Source: a virus (lineage: Duplodnaviria; Heunggongvirae; Uroviricota; Caudoviricetes). Taken from it: a stretch of 30,075 bases of DNA. Of this stretch, positions 16,911-25,485 are shown piece after piece. The stretch's first letter is position 1. Each line of letters starts with the position of its first letter. The position numbers and the translations under genes are program-made. The stretch is from IMG/VR virus record IMGVR_UViG_2563366969_000005; one strand, given 5' to 3'. The notes under the pieces are model-generated. The model did no database searches. It saw nothing but the letters and a program-made list of their open reading frames with translations, and was not told where the DNA came from.

Positions 16911-17320
16911 AAATCCTGATAACGCTGCTGGTGCTGGCCGTGCTCGGGCTGCTGTGGTTGCGCCATGAGAACGGCAATTTATCCCGCTCCTTTGAGACGG
17001 CAAACCGCGTCGCAAGCGAACAAAAGACGACGATTAGCATGCTGAAAAATCAGCTCAGTGTTGCCGGTCAGCTTGCCCGACGTAATGAATCCGCGCAGGT
17101 GGAACTGCGCGAACAGCTCGCAAAGGCCAGCGCAGAGGCCAGCCGCCGTGAGCAGACGATAACGAGGTTACTTAATGAAAATGAAGCCTTTCGCCGCTGG
17201 TATAACGCTGCTTTGCCTGATGTTGTGCGTCGGCTGCACACCCGCACCGCCTGCGCCAGTGCCGGTGATTGTGGTCAGCGGATGCCCGAGGGTGAGCCTT
17301 TGTCCGATGCCGGGAAGTGA
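16907..17320 (+). CDS. lysB: LysB / Rz-like inner-membrane spanin
   Basis: Start MKILITLLVLAVLGLLWL (ATG 16907, overlapping the K stop as ATGA). N-terminal TM followed by a charged, coiled-coil-like region. Confidence 0.75.
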   Translation: MKILITLLVLAVLGLLWLRHENGNLSRSFETANRVASEQKTTISMLKNQLSVAGQLARRNESAQVELREQLAKASAEASRREQTITRLLNENEAFRRWYNAALPDVVRRLHTRTACASAGDCGQRMPEGEPLSDAGK

Positions 17321-17465
17321 CCCGAAAACCAATGGTGACCTGAGCGCAGATATCCGCCGTCTTGAGGGCGCGCTGACCGCCTGCGCGCTGCAGGTTAAAA
17401 CCGTCAAACACTGTCAGGATGAACTCGATGCAGAAGCACAAAAGCCTGCGCAAAGCGCTGATTAA
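17175..17465 (+). CDS. lysC: LysC / Rz1-like outer-membrane lipoprotein spanin (embedded in lysB, alternate frame)
   Basis: 96-aa ORF in a different frame inside the 3' part of lysB. Signal-like N-terminus ending in cysteines (LMLCVGC) followed by a proline-rich stretch (TPAPPAPVPV). GAGG lies 6 nt upstream. Confidence 0.6.
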   Translation: MKMKPFAAGITLLCLMLCVGCTPAPPAPVPVIVVSGCPRVSLCPMPGSDPKTNGDLSADIRRLEGALTACALQVKTVKHCQDELDAEAQKPAQSAD

Positions 17466-17895
17466 CGCCGTGCCGCAGCTCCGAAATAATCCCGATATGC
17501 TGCGCCTTTTTGCCGACAACGGCCATACCGATTCCCGACTGGCGAGCTCGCTGTCGTTTGAAAAGGTGTACGTGCTTAACGTGGTGGTGACCGGCTTCAC
17601 CGGTGACCTTGATTTGATATTCGTGCCGGTGCAGGCGTGGCTGCGTGAACATCAGCCGGACATTATGACCACCGACGACGGGCGGGAAAAAGGATTCACC
17701 TGGATTATTGATATCAATAACGACGATTCGCTCGATATCAGTATCAGCCTGAGGCTCACCGAGCGCACGCTCGTCAAAGAGGTCGACGGCGCGCTGCACG
17801 TCAGCTATGCCCCTGAGCAGCCACTGCCTGAGCCGGTGACGCGCCCGGTCGAGCTGTACGTTAACGGCGAACTGGTGAGTAAGTGGGATGAGTGA
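17419..17895 (+). CDS. R: Tail completion protein (P2 gpR-like)
   Basis: 158 aa. ...NPDMLRLFADNGHTD...SLSFEKVYVLNVVVTGFTGDLDLIFVPVQAWLREHQPDIMTT... resembles P2 gpR. Confidence 0.85.
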   Translation: MNSMQKHKSLRKALINAVPQLRNNPDMLRLFADNGHTDSRLASSLSFEKVYVLNVVVTGFTGDLDLIFVPVQAWLREHQPDIMTTDDGREKGFTWIIDINNDDSLDISISLRLTERTLVKEVDGALHVSYAPEQPLPEPVTRPVELYVNGELVSKWDE

Positions 17896-18343
17896 ATTAA
17901 CCGCGCTGCAGGAACGCCTTGCCGGTCTGATTGCCAGCCTGTCACCGGCGGCACGTCGGCAAATGGCGGTTGAGGTTGCGAAAAAGCTGCGTACCAGTCA
18001 GCAACAGCGTATCAAGCGCCAGCAGGCACCCGACGGCACCCCGTATGCGGCACGAAAGCGCCAGCCGGTGCGGAGCAAGAAAGGTCGGATTAAACGTGAA
18101 ATGTTCGCCAAACTGCGCACCAGTCGCTTTATGAAAGCCAAAGGCAGCGACAGTGCGGCGGTGGTGGAGTTTACCGGCAAGGTGCAGCGCATGGCGCGGG
18201 TGCATCAGTACGGCCTAAAAGACCGGCCAAACCGCAACAGCCGGGATGTGCAGTACGAGGCGCGACCGTTGCTCGGATACTCTTCATCAGACTTACAAAA
18301 AGTTGAGAGTTTAATTATGGATGCTTTATGTCAACGCCATTGA
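17888..18343 (+). CDS. S: Tail completion / virion morphogenesis protein (P2 gpS-like)
   Basis: 151 aa, MSELTALQERLAGLIASLSPAARRQ... as in P2 gpS. The last ~20 codons switch abruptly to AT-rich codons. Confidence 0.85.
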   Translation: MSELTALQERLAGLIASLSPAARRQMAVEVAKKLRTSQQQRIKRQQAPDGTPYAARKRQPVRSKKGRIKREMFAKLRTSRFMKAKGSDSAAVVEFTGKVQRMARVHQYGLKDRPNRNSRDVQYEARPLLGYSSSDLQKVESLIMDALCQRH

Positions 18344-18380
18344 CTTTGGATTCGCTGAGAATTATTATATAACTCAGCGA

Positions 18381-18442
18381 TAGAGGTGGACTGGTGTCTA
18401 GGTGGGCGTGCCCACTGAGTTGGGTTCGATTCCCTAACCTCG
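18381..18442 (+). other. tRNA-like fragment (T-arm/T-loop GGTTCGATTCC with partial acceptor 3' strand); not an intact tRNA
   Basis: GGTTCGATTCC (18423-18433) is the canonical T-loop consensus, flanked by an imperfect T-stem (TTGGG/CCCTA) and preceded by a short hairpin (GTGGG-CGTG-CCCAC). There is not enough sequence for D and anticodon arms. It overlaps the stop codon of the minus-strand cargo gene. Confidence 0.35.
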
Positions 18443-19270
18443 TATTATTCCTCTCGATATTTTTATTGCTGGGTTTTCCTTTCTTATTTCATTTTTAATT
18501 TGCTCATCACAAATTAAATAATCTATGTTTTTTGCTTTAACAAGTTCTTTAACGCTAATGTTAATTGAATTTAATAGATTTGCATTCCGCATGTTAGCCC
18601 CTTCATAAGTAACGGATTTAAAATCACATCCTTTTAATATGCAGCTTTTCATTTCGCCATCTGTAAAATACCCCCCTTCAAAACTGCAGTTTTCGAAAGT
18701 GACATTTTGAAAACATGTATTAAATGCCTTAATATTTCTTAGCTTGCAGTTTTTGAATTTAACACTCTTAACTCTATTGCCTGTAATATTTAGAGCTTGA
18801 ATTGTGCAATTATCGAAAGAACAATCTCTAATGTATGATTCGCTCATATTCAAGCCGGTTAAGTCAGCGTCTTTAAAATGTAAATATTTGATAGTGGACA
18901 TTTTATCAAGTTCAATCCTTGGAACTTGAATGTTATATATTCCTTTAGCATTTAACTGACGTATGATTTTTATCTTCATAATATTCAGTTCTGCAGAAGA
19001 ATGCTTTGCCAGATTTTCAAGATCTTCAATTAGTTCGTGAATAGCATCTTTATTTTGCCTTTTATTTTCAAAATAGTAAAGAATCACACCCAAAACAAGA
19101 AAGTCTAAAATTGAAGAATTTGCATTAACAAGAAAATTCTCCATGAATTTTGAGTTGTAGTTATCATTATAAACAGACAACCCTACTATAAGCCCGGAGT
19201 ATAAAAAAAAGATACCTATAATATATTTCATATTGCTTATTGTACGCCTAAAAGATGAAGTTCTTTTCAT
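18434..19270 (-). CDS. AT-rich membrane-anchored pentapeptide-repeat protein (cargo gene between S and V)
   Basis: Start chosen at MKRTSSF... (ATG at 19270, GGCAGGTAG upstream); the ORF-track start is 19315. Two hydrophobic helices (YIIGIFFLYSGLIVGLSVY, ILDFLVLGVILYYF) are followed by repeats of the pentapeptide type (ADLTGLNMSES, CSFDNCTIQALNITGNRVKSVKFKNCKLRNIKAFNTCFQNVTFENCSFEG...). Very AT-rich compared with its neighbours. Confidence 0.8.
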   Translation of the reverse strand: MKRTSSFRRTISNMKYIIGIFFLYSGLIVGLSVYNDNYNSKFMENFLVNANSSILDFLVLGVILYYFENKRQNKDAIHELIEDLENLAKHSSAELNIMKIKIIRQLNAKGIYNIQVPRIELDKMSTIKYLHFKDADLTGLNMSESYIRDCSFDNCTIQALNITGNRVKSVKFKNCKLRNIKAFNTCFQNVTFENCSFEGGYFTDGEMKSCILKGCDFKSVTYEGANMRNANLLNSINISVKELVKAKNIDYLICDEQIKNEIRKENPAIKISRGIIRG

Positions 19271-19407
19271 TACTACCTGCCATATGTTTTGTGTGATTTT
19301 CGAATGAGTCAACACTCAAATGATACATGAATGCACACCGAATTGTGTAGAAGAGCATACAGCTGAATCGTTTTGCTCTTGGCTTTAACAATCGGCATTC
19401 TTTTTTC

Positions 19408-20043
19408 ATGAACACATTAAACACCATTCAAGAGTTAGCACGTGCCATTCGCAACCTCATCCGCTCAGGCGTGGTGACTGAGGTCGATACTGTGCAGGGG
19501 CTGTGCCGCGTACAAAGCGGCGGGATCCAGACTACATGGCTGAACTGGCTGACCACCCGCGCCGGTCGTTCGCGGACGTGGTGGGCTCCCTCGGTCGGTG
19601 AGCAGGTTCTGCTGCTGGCAATCGGTGGCGAGCTTGATACCGCTTTCGTGCTGCCGGGTATTTTCTCCGACGATAACCCCGCCCCGTCTGCCTCGGCGGA
19701 TGCGTGGCATGTGGCTTTCCCTGATGGTGCGGTCATTGAGTACGAGCCCGAAACCGGCGCGCTGACGGTCAGCGGCATAAAAACGGCCGACGTGACGGCA
19801 TCGGAGTCCATCACCGCAACCGTACCGCTGGTACTGGTGAAAGCCTCGACCAGTATCACCCTCGACACCCCGGAGGTGATTTGCACCAATAAGCTAACGA
19901 CGGCGACGCTTGAGGTGCAGAAAGGCGGCAAGATGAGCGGCAATATCGAACATACCGGCGGGTCACTGTCGTCTAATGGCAAGGTACTCCACACCCATAA
20001 ACACCCGGGCGACAGCGGCGGGCAAACGGGGGCACCGTTATGA
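19408..20043 (+). CDS. V: Baseplate spike / assembly protein (P2 gpV-like)
   Basis: 211 aa. MNTLNTIQELARAIRNLIRSG...HTHKHPGDSGGQTGAPL matches P2 gpV including the C-terminal HTHKHPGDSGG motif. Confidence 0.92.
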   Translation: MNTLNTIQELARAIRNLIRSGVVTEVDTVQGLCRVQSGGIQTTWLNWLTTRAGRSRTWWAPSVGEQVLLLAIGGELDTAFVLPGIFSDDNPAPSASADAWHVAFPDGAVIEYEPETGALTVSGIKTADVTASESITATVPLVLVKASTSITLDTPEVICTNKLTTATLEVQKGGKMSGNIEHTGGSLSSNGKVLHTHKHPGDSGGQTGAPL

Positions 20044-20387
20044 CGGCGCGCTATCAGGGGATGAACCGAAATACCGGCCTTGGCATCAGCGATACCGAGC
20101 ATATCAGCCAGAGCATGCGCGATATTCTGCTGACGCCGGTCGGCTCGCGGGTGATGCGTCGTGAATATGGCTCGCTTCTGTCGGCGCTGATTGATATGCC
20201 GCAAAACCCGGCGCTCAGGCTGCAAATTATGGTGGCGTGCTATTCGGCTATCCAGAAGTGGGAACCGCGCATCAGGCTTACATCCATCAGCTTTGAGGCC
20301 GGCGACGCTGGCGAGATGTATGTCGATATTACCGGGATGCGTACCGATACCGGTGCGTCAGTTTCAACCACTGTTTCACTGAGTTAA
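20040..20387 (+). CDS. W: Baseplate wedge protein (P2 gpW, gp25-like)
   Basis: 115-aa ORF overlapping the V stop. Size and position match gpW. Confidence 0.88.
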   Translation: MTARYQGMNRNTGLGISDTEHISQSMRDILLTPVGSRVMRREYGSLLSALIDMPQNPALRLQIMVACYSAIQKWEPRIRLTSISFEAGDAGEMYVDITGMRTDTGASVSTTVSLS

Positions 20388-20393
20388 ATAACT

Positions 20394-21302
20394 ATGGCAA
20401 CCGTTGACCTGAGTCAGTTACCCGTTCCCGATGTGGTTGAGGAACTGGACTATGAAACCATCCTTGCGGAACGCAAAGCGACGCTGATATCGCTCTATCC
20501 AGAAGACCAGCAGGAGGCCATTGCCCGGACGCTCACACTTGAGTCAGAGCCGGTTGTTAAGCTGCTGCAGGAAAACGCCTACCGTGAAGTTATCTGGCGT
20601 CAGCGGGTGAACGAAGCCGCGCAGGCGGTGACGCTGGCCTACTCCGCCGGTAACGACCTCGACGTCGTAGCCGGGAACAATAATACCGAACGCCTGACCA
20701 TCACCCCGGCGGATGATACCACCATCCCGCCGACACCTGCCGTTATGGAATCTGATACCGACCTGCGACTGCGCACGCAACAGGCGTTTGAGGGATTGAG
20801 CGTGGCGGGTCCGGTCGGTGCATATGAGTATCACGGCCGCAGCGCCGACGGGCGGGTCGCTGACGTTTCGGTCGCCAGCCCGTCGCCAGCCTGCGTGACG
20901 ATTACCGTGCTATCGCGTGAGGGGGACGGCACTGCCAGCCCTGAGCTACTGGCGATTGTTGATAAAGCGCTGAACGCCGAAGATGTGCGCCCGGTAGCTG
21001 ACCGGGTGACCGTCCAGTCAGCCGAGATTGTGCCCTACCAGATTGACGCAACGCTCTACGTTTACCCCGGCCCGGAGTCTGAGCCCATCAGGCAGGCATC
21101 AGAGCAGAAGCTGAAGAGCTACATCAGTGCGCAGCACCGTCTCGGGCGTGATATTCGACTGTCAGCCATTTACGCGGCGCTGCATGTTGAGGGGGTACAG
21201 CGTGTCGAGCTGGCATCACCGCAGGCCGACATTGTGCTGAGTAAGTCGCAGGCGTCGAACTGCACCGAGTACCAGATAACTATCGGGGGATCGGATGAGT
21301 GA
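20394..21302 (+). CDS. J: Baseplate protein (P2 gpJ-like)
   Basis: 302-aa ORF in the V-W-J-I-H-G block. Confidence 0.88.
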   Translation: MATVDLSQLPVPDVVEELDYETILAERKATLISLYPEDQQEAIARTLTLESEPVVKLLQENAYREVIWRQRVNEAAQAVTLAYSAGNDLDVVAGNNNTERLTITPADDTTIPPTPAVMESDTDLRLRTQQAFEGLSVAGPVGAYEYHGRSADGRVADVSVASPSPACVTITVLSREGDGTASPELLAIVDKALNAEDVRPVADRVTVQSAEIVPYQIDATLYVYPGPESEPIRQASEQKLKSYISAQHRLGRDIRLSAIYAALHVEGVQRVELASPQADIVLSKSQASNCTEYQITIGGSDE

Positions 21303-21903
21303 CAGGCTGTTACCCGCTGGCTCGTCGCCGCTGGAAGTTGCCGCCGCTGCTGCACTTTCTGAGATTCAGCGCGTGCCGGTACCGTTGCGCACCCTGTGGA
21401 ACTGGCGTACCTGCCCGGTAAACCTGCTGCCGTATCTGGCGTGGGCGCTGTCGGTCGACCGGTGGGATGAGAAGTGGCCGGAGGCGACAAAGCGCAGCGT
21501 CTGCGCGTCTTCGTTTTTCGTCCATCAGCACAAAGGCACCATCAGCGCATTGCGTCGGGTGGTTGAGCCGCTCGGTTTTCTGATTGAGGTGCGCGAGTGG
21601 TGGCAGCTCGACGAGGAGCCTGGCACATTCCGCCTCGTTGTCGGCGTGCTCGATAGCGGCATCACTGACGAAATGTATCAGGAGCTTGAGCGCCTGATTG
21701 AAGACGCCAAACCGGCAAGCCGTCATTTGACAGGGCTGGCTATCAGCCTGAGTGCGACCGGCGAGCTGTATGTCGGCGCGGGATGTTACGACGGCGACGC
21801 GCTGACCGTTTACCCCTACACCCCTGAGGAAATTGTCGTCGGCGGTGAATATTACCCGGCCTCGGCCATCCATTTGATTGATAACCTGAGAGTGAACGCA
21901 TGA
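21295..21903 (+). CDS. I: Baseplate/tail protein (P2 gpI-like)
   Basis: 202-aa ORF overlapping the J stop. Canonical position. Confidence 0.85.
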   Translation: MSDRLLPAGSSPLEVAAAAALSEIQRVPVPLRTLWNWRTCPVNLLPYLAWALSVDRWDEKWPEATKRSVCASSFFVHQHKGTISALRRVVEPLGFLIEVREWWQLDEEPGTFRLVVGVLDSGITDEMYQELERLIEDAKPASRHLTGLAISLSATGELYVGAGCYDGDALTVYPYTPEEIVVGGEYYPASAIHLIDNLRVNA

Positions 21904-22982
21904 CCGCAAAATATTTTGCCATTCTGACCAATCAGGGCGCGGCGCGGCTGGCGAACGCGGCGGCACTCGGTACCAAACTCAACCTGACGCAGATGGCCGT
22001 CGGTGATGCGAATGGTACGTTGCCGACCCCTGACCCGGCGCAGACGAAGCTCATTAACCAGAAGCGCATCGCGCCGCTGAACCTGCTGACCGTTGACCCG
22101 GTCAATACCAGCCAGATTATCGCGGAACAAATTATTCCCGAGAATGAGGGTGGTTTCTGGATCCGCGAGATTGGTCTCTATGATGATGCCGGTGTGCTTA
22201 TTGCCGTGGCGAACTGCCCGGAAACCTACAAGCCGCAACTGCAGGAGGGAAGCGGCCGCACGCAGACCATTCGCATGATTCTGATTGTGTCGAGCACGTC
22301 GGCTATTACCCTGAAAATCGACCCGTCGGTCGTGCTGGCAACGCGCCAGTATGTCGACGATAAGGTTATCGAGGTAAAAGCTTATGCCGATAGCCTGATG
22401 GCTGCACACCTTGCCGCTGCTGACCCGCACGCTCAGTACCTCAAAACAGCGGATATTGATAAATATATTCCGGTTGGTTTTCCGCTGCCGTGGCCGCAGG
22501 CAACACCGCCGGAGGGGTGGTTAAAATGCAACGGTGCAGCGTTCGATAAGGCGAAATATCCAAAGCTGGCCGTCGCTTATCCTTCTGGCAATCTGCCTGA
22601 TTTACGCGGTGAGTTTTTGCGTGGCTGGGATGACGGGCGAGGTATTGACAGCGGTCGAGTATTGCTCAGTGCCCAAGTAGATGACTTCAAAGCTCATCGG
22701 CATGAGTCCTATTTTTATGCAGGAGTATCACGTAACGAGGTACCTCTGACAAGTCTGCCAAGCTCGGATGAAATGCTGACGTTAAGCTCAGCGACGAGCT
22801 CGCTGGCACCGCTTGATATTGATGCCAACGGCACTCTAATCGGCAATGATGATTACAACTGTCTTGCAGAAGGTAACAAAAACAATAAGCGAACCGCGAC
22901 CGGGTTGAGTACCAATATTATAGGCGGAACTGAAACCCGACCACGCAACATCGCATTTAATTACATCGTGAGGGCGGCATAA
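21900..22982 (+). CDS. H: Tail fiber protein (P2 gpH-like N-terminus with short distal receptor-binding region)
   Basis: 360 aa. The N-terminal part (MAVGDANGTLPTPDPAQT...GGFWIREIGLYDDAGVLIAVANCPETYKP...) resembles the conserved gpH N-terminus. The protein is much shorter than P2 gpH (about 669 aa as I recall), so the distal part differs. Confidence 0.85.
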   Translation: MTAKYFAILTNQGAARLANAAALGTKLNLTQMAVGDANGTLPTPDPAQTKLINQKRIAPLNLLTVDPVNTSQIIAEQIIPENEGGFWIREIGLYDDAGVLIAVANCPETYKPQLQEGSGRTQTIRMILIVSSTSAITLKIDPSVVLATRQYVDDKVIEVKAYADSLMAAHLAAADPHAQYLKTADIDKYIPVGFPLPWPQATPPEGWLKCNGAAFDKAKYPKLAVAYPSGNLPDLRGEFLRGWDDGRGIDSGRVLLSAQVDDFKAHRHESYFYAGVSRNEVPLTSLPSSDEMLTLSSATSSLAPLDIDANGTLIGNDDYNCLAEGNKNNKRTATGLSTNIIGGTETRPRNIAFNYIVRAA

Positions 22983-23578
22983 TGGCGAAAGCAACATTGA
23001 ATAAAAGTGGTATTGCCACAAAAGCTGGCGATGTGACGGTCTTTAACTACGACGGGGAAACGCGAGAGTTTTTGTCGACTTCCACCGAGTTTTTGGCGGT
23101 GGGCGTGGGGATTCCAGCCAACTCCTGTATCGATGCACCGGTAGCTGAGAAAGACGGTTTTGCCATTTGCCGCTCGGTCAGTCTTGATGGGTGGGTTTAT
23201 GTTATCGACCACCGGGGAGAAACTGTATATGACACGGAAACCGGCAAGCCTGTCGAGATAACCGGGCTCGGTGATTATCCTGATAATGTGACCATCATCG
23301 AACCACTGACGCCTTATGACCGCTGGAACGGTAGCGAATGGGTTACGAATGCGGATGCGCAGAAAAGCGGTCAGATTGCAGCAGCAGAACAGAAAAAAGC
23401 CTCATTGCTGGCCGAAGCCCAAAGCACAATCAGCCTGTGGCAGACTGAGCTGCAGCTCGGCATCATCAGCGACGATGACAAGGACAGCCTGATTGCGTGG
23501 ATGAAATACATTCAGGCGCTGAACGCGGTCGATACCTCCACGGCACCGGATATCGAGTGGCCGGTTAAACCGGAGTAA
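22982..23578 (+). CDS. G: Tail fiber assembly chaperone (P2 gpG / Tfa-like)
   Basis: 198-aa ORF immediately after H with start overlapping the H stop. Position and size match Tfa. Confidence 0.85.
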   Translation: MAKATLNKSGIATKAGDVTVFNYDGETREFLSTSTEFLAVGVGIPANSCIDAPVAEKDGFAICRSVSLDGWVYVIDHRGETVYDTETGKPVEITGLGDYPDNVTIIEPLTPYDRWNGSEWVTNADAQKSGQIAAAEQKKASLLAEAQSTISLWQTELQLGIISDDDKDSLIAWMKYIQALNAVDTSTAPDIEWPVKPE

Positions 23579-23583
23579 TGCGA

Positions 23584-23607
23584 GGCGGGCTGATGCCCGT
23601 CTTTTTT
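23584..23607 (+). terminator. Rho-independent terminator after the V-G operon
   Basis: Stem ggcgggc (23584-23590) / gcccgtc (23595-23601) with one G-U pair and loop tgat, followed by ttttttg. Confidence 0.7.
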
Positions 23608-23709
23608 GTAATTTGTTTATGTGCCATCCGCTACCCATCGCCGACAAATAGCCCCTCACCAGACCAGCCAGGACAATAACACTCGCCCACTAACCACGGA
23701 GTTAACCGG

Positions 23710-24888
23710 ATGAGTGATTTTCACCACGGCGTGCAGGTGCTTGAGATTAACGACGGTACCCGCGTCATTTCCACGGTCGCAACCGCAATCGTCGGCATGG
23801 TCTGCACGGCCAGCGATGCAGATGCCGCGACATTTCCCCTCAACGAGCCGGTACTGATTACCAATGTGCAGAGCGCCATTGCAAAAGCCGGTAAAAAAGG
23901 CACGCTGTCTGCTTCCCTGCAGGCTATCGCCGACCAGTCAAAACCCGTCACCGTAGTCGTGCGCGTTGCCGAAGGTACGGGAGAAGACGCCGAAGCGCAG
24001 ACCATTTCTAACATCATCGGCGGCACGGATGAGAACGGTAAATACACCGGTATCAAGGCGCTGTTGACTGCCGAAGCGGTCACCGGCGTTAAGCCGCGTA
24101 TTCTCGGCGTGCCGGGTCTCGACACGCAGGAAGTCGCAACCGCACTCGCGTCGGTCTGTATCAGCCTGCGCGCCTTTGGCTATGTCAGCGCATGGGGCTG
24201 TAAGACCATTTCCGAAGCGATGGCCTATCGCGAGAATTTCAGTCAGCGCGAGCTAATGGTCATCTGGCCTGACTTCCTCGCATGGGACACCACCACTAAC
24301 GCCACCGCAACAGCCTACGCCACCGCTCGCGCGCTCGGCCTGCGCGCCTACATCGACCAGACTGTCGGCTGGCATAAAACCCTGTCTAACGTCGGCGTGC
24401 AGGGTGTCACCGGCATCAGTGCCTCAGTGTTTTGGGATTTGCAGGCATCCGGCACCGATGCTGATCTGCTCAACGAGGCCGGGGTCACGACACTGGTGCG
24501 TAAGGATGGCTTCCGCTTTTGGGGTAACCGCACCTGCTCTGATGACCCGCTTTTCCTGTTTGAGAACTACACCCGCACCGCGCAGGTGCTGGCCGACACG
24601 ATGGCCGAGGCGCACATGTGGGCGGTCGATAAGCCCATCACCGCATCGCTTATCCGCGACATTGTCGACGGCATTAACGCCAAATTCCGCGAGCTGAAAT
24701 CAAATGGCTACATCGTGGACGGTGAATGCTGGTTCGACGAGGAATCGAACGATAAGGAAACCCTCAAGGCCGGGAAACTGTATATCGACTACGACTATAC
24801 GCCGGTTCCACCACTGGAAAGCCTGACCCTGCGCCAGCGTATCACCGATAAATATCTGGTGAATCTGGCCGAATCGGTCAACAGCTAA
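23710..24888 (+). CDS. FI: Tail sheath protein (P2 gpFI-like)
   Basis: 392-aa ORF, first gene after the G terminator. Size and order match FI. Confidence 0.9.
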   Translation: MSDFHHGVQVLEINDGTRVISTVATAIVGMVCTASDADAATFPLNEPVLITNVQSAIAKAGKKGTLSASLQAIADQSKPVTVVVRVAEGTGEDAEAQTISNIIGGTDENGKYTGIKALLTAEAVTGVKPRILGVPGLDTQEVATALASVCISLRAFGYVSAWGCKTISEAMAYRENFSQRELMVIWPDFLAWDTTTNATATAYATARALGLRAYIDQTVGWHKTLSNVGVQGVTGISASVFWDLQASGTDADLLNEAGVTTLVRKDGFRFWGNRTCSDDPLFLFENYTRTAQVLADTMAEAHMWAVDKPITASLIRDIVDGINAKFRELKSNGYIVDGECWFDEESNDKETLKAGKLYIDYDYTPVPPLESLTLRQRITDKYLVNLAESVNS

Positions 24889-24903
24889 GGAGCCTGAAAT
24901 AAC

Positions 24904-25422
24904 ATGGCACTACCCCGCAAACTCAAATATCTGAACATGTTCAACGACGGTCTGAGCTACATGGGCGTTGTTGAATCCGTGACCCTGCCGAAGCTGACCC
25001 GCAAGCTCGAAAACTATCGCGGCGGCGGTATGAATGGTGCGGCGGCGATTGACCTCGGTCTCGACGATGATGCGTTAACCGTCGAGTGGTCTGTCGGTGG
25101 CCTGCCTGATGTGGCGCTGTGGGCGCAGTACGCCGCGCCGGGTGCTGACGCTGTGCCGTTGCGTTTTGCTGGCTCTTACCAACGTGACGACACTGGCGAA
25201 ATCGTGGCGGTCGAGGTGGTCATGCGTGGCCGTCATAAAGAAATCGACGGCGGCGAGAATAAGCAGGGTGAAAACACCTCGACCAAACTGTCGACCGTAT
25301 GCACCTATTACCGCCTCACGATTGATGGTAGCGACGTCATCGAAATCGATACCGTCAACATGGTTGAGAAGGTGAACGGCGTCGACCGTCTGGAACAGCA
25401 CCGCCGCGCAATCGGGCTGTAA
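24904..25422 (+). CDS. FII: Tail tube protein (P2 gpFII-like)
   Basis: 172-aa ORF following the sheath gene. Confidence 0.9.
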   Translation: MALPRKLKYLNMFNDGLSYMGVVESVTLPKLTRKLENYRGGGMNGAAAIDLGLDDDALTVEWSVGGLPDVALWAQYAAPGADAVPLRFAGSYQRDDTGEIVAVEVVMRGRHKEIDGGENKQGENTSTKLSTVCTYYRLTIDGSDVIEIDTVNMVEKVNGVDRLEQHRRAIGL

Positions 25423-25485
25423 TTCCCTGACCGGTCAGCACTGCTGGCCGGTTATTAATCCCCATTCAGAGCAGAGAAAAACATC

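Noticed and set aside
18381-18445. Intact tRNA gene
   Set aside because: Only a T-loop consensus and partial stems are present. The spacing cannot hold D and anticodon arms, so it is reported only as a tRNA-like fragment.
18434-19315. Qnr-type quinolone-resistance determinant
   Set aside because: Pentapeptide repeats are present, but the protein has two N-terminal TM helices and a short repeat region unlike soluble Qnr/MfpA proteins. Function left open.
19428-20225. 265-aa minus-strand ORF antisense to genes V and W (similar long antisense ORFs at 21310-21966, 21852-22430, 15087-15734, 25924-26472, 11191-11820, 27507-28335)
   Set aside because: They lie entirely inside well-supported GC-rich structural genes on the opposite strand and have Arg/Pro/Ala/Ser-rich low-complexity translations. 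These are typical shadow ORFs of high-GC coding DNA.
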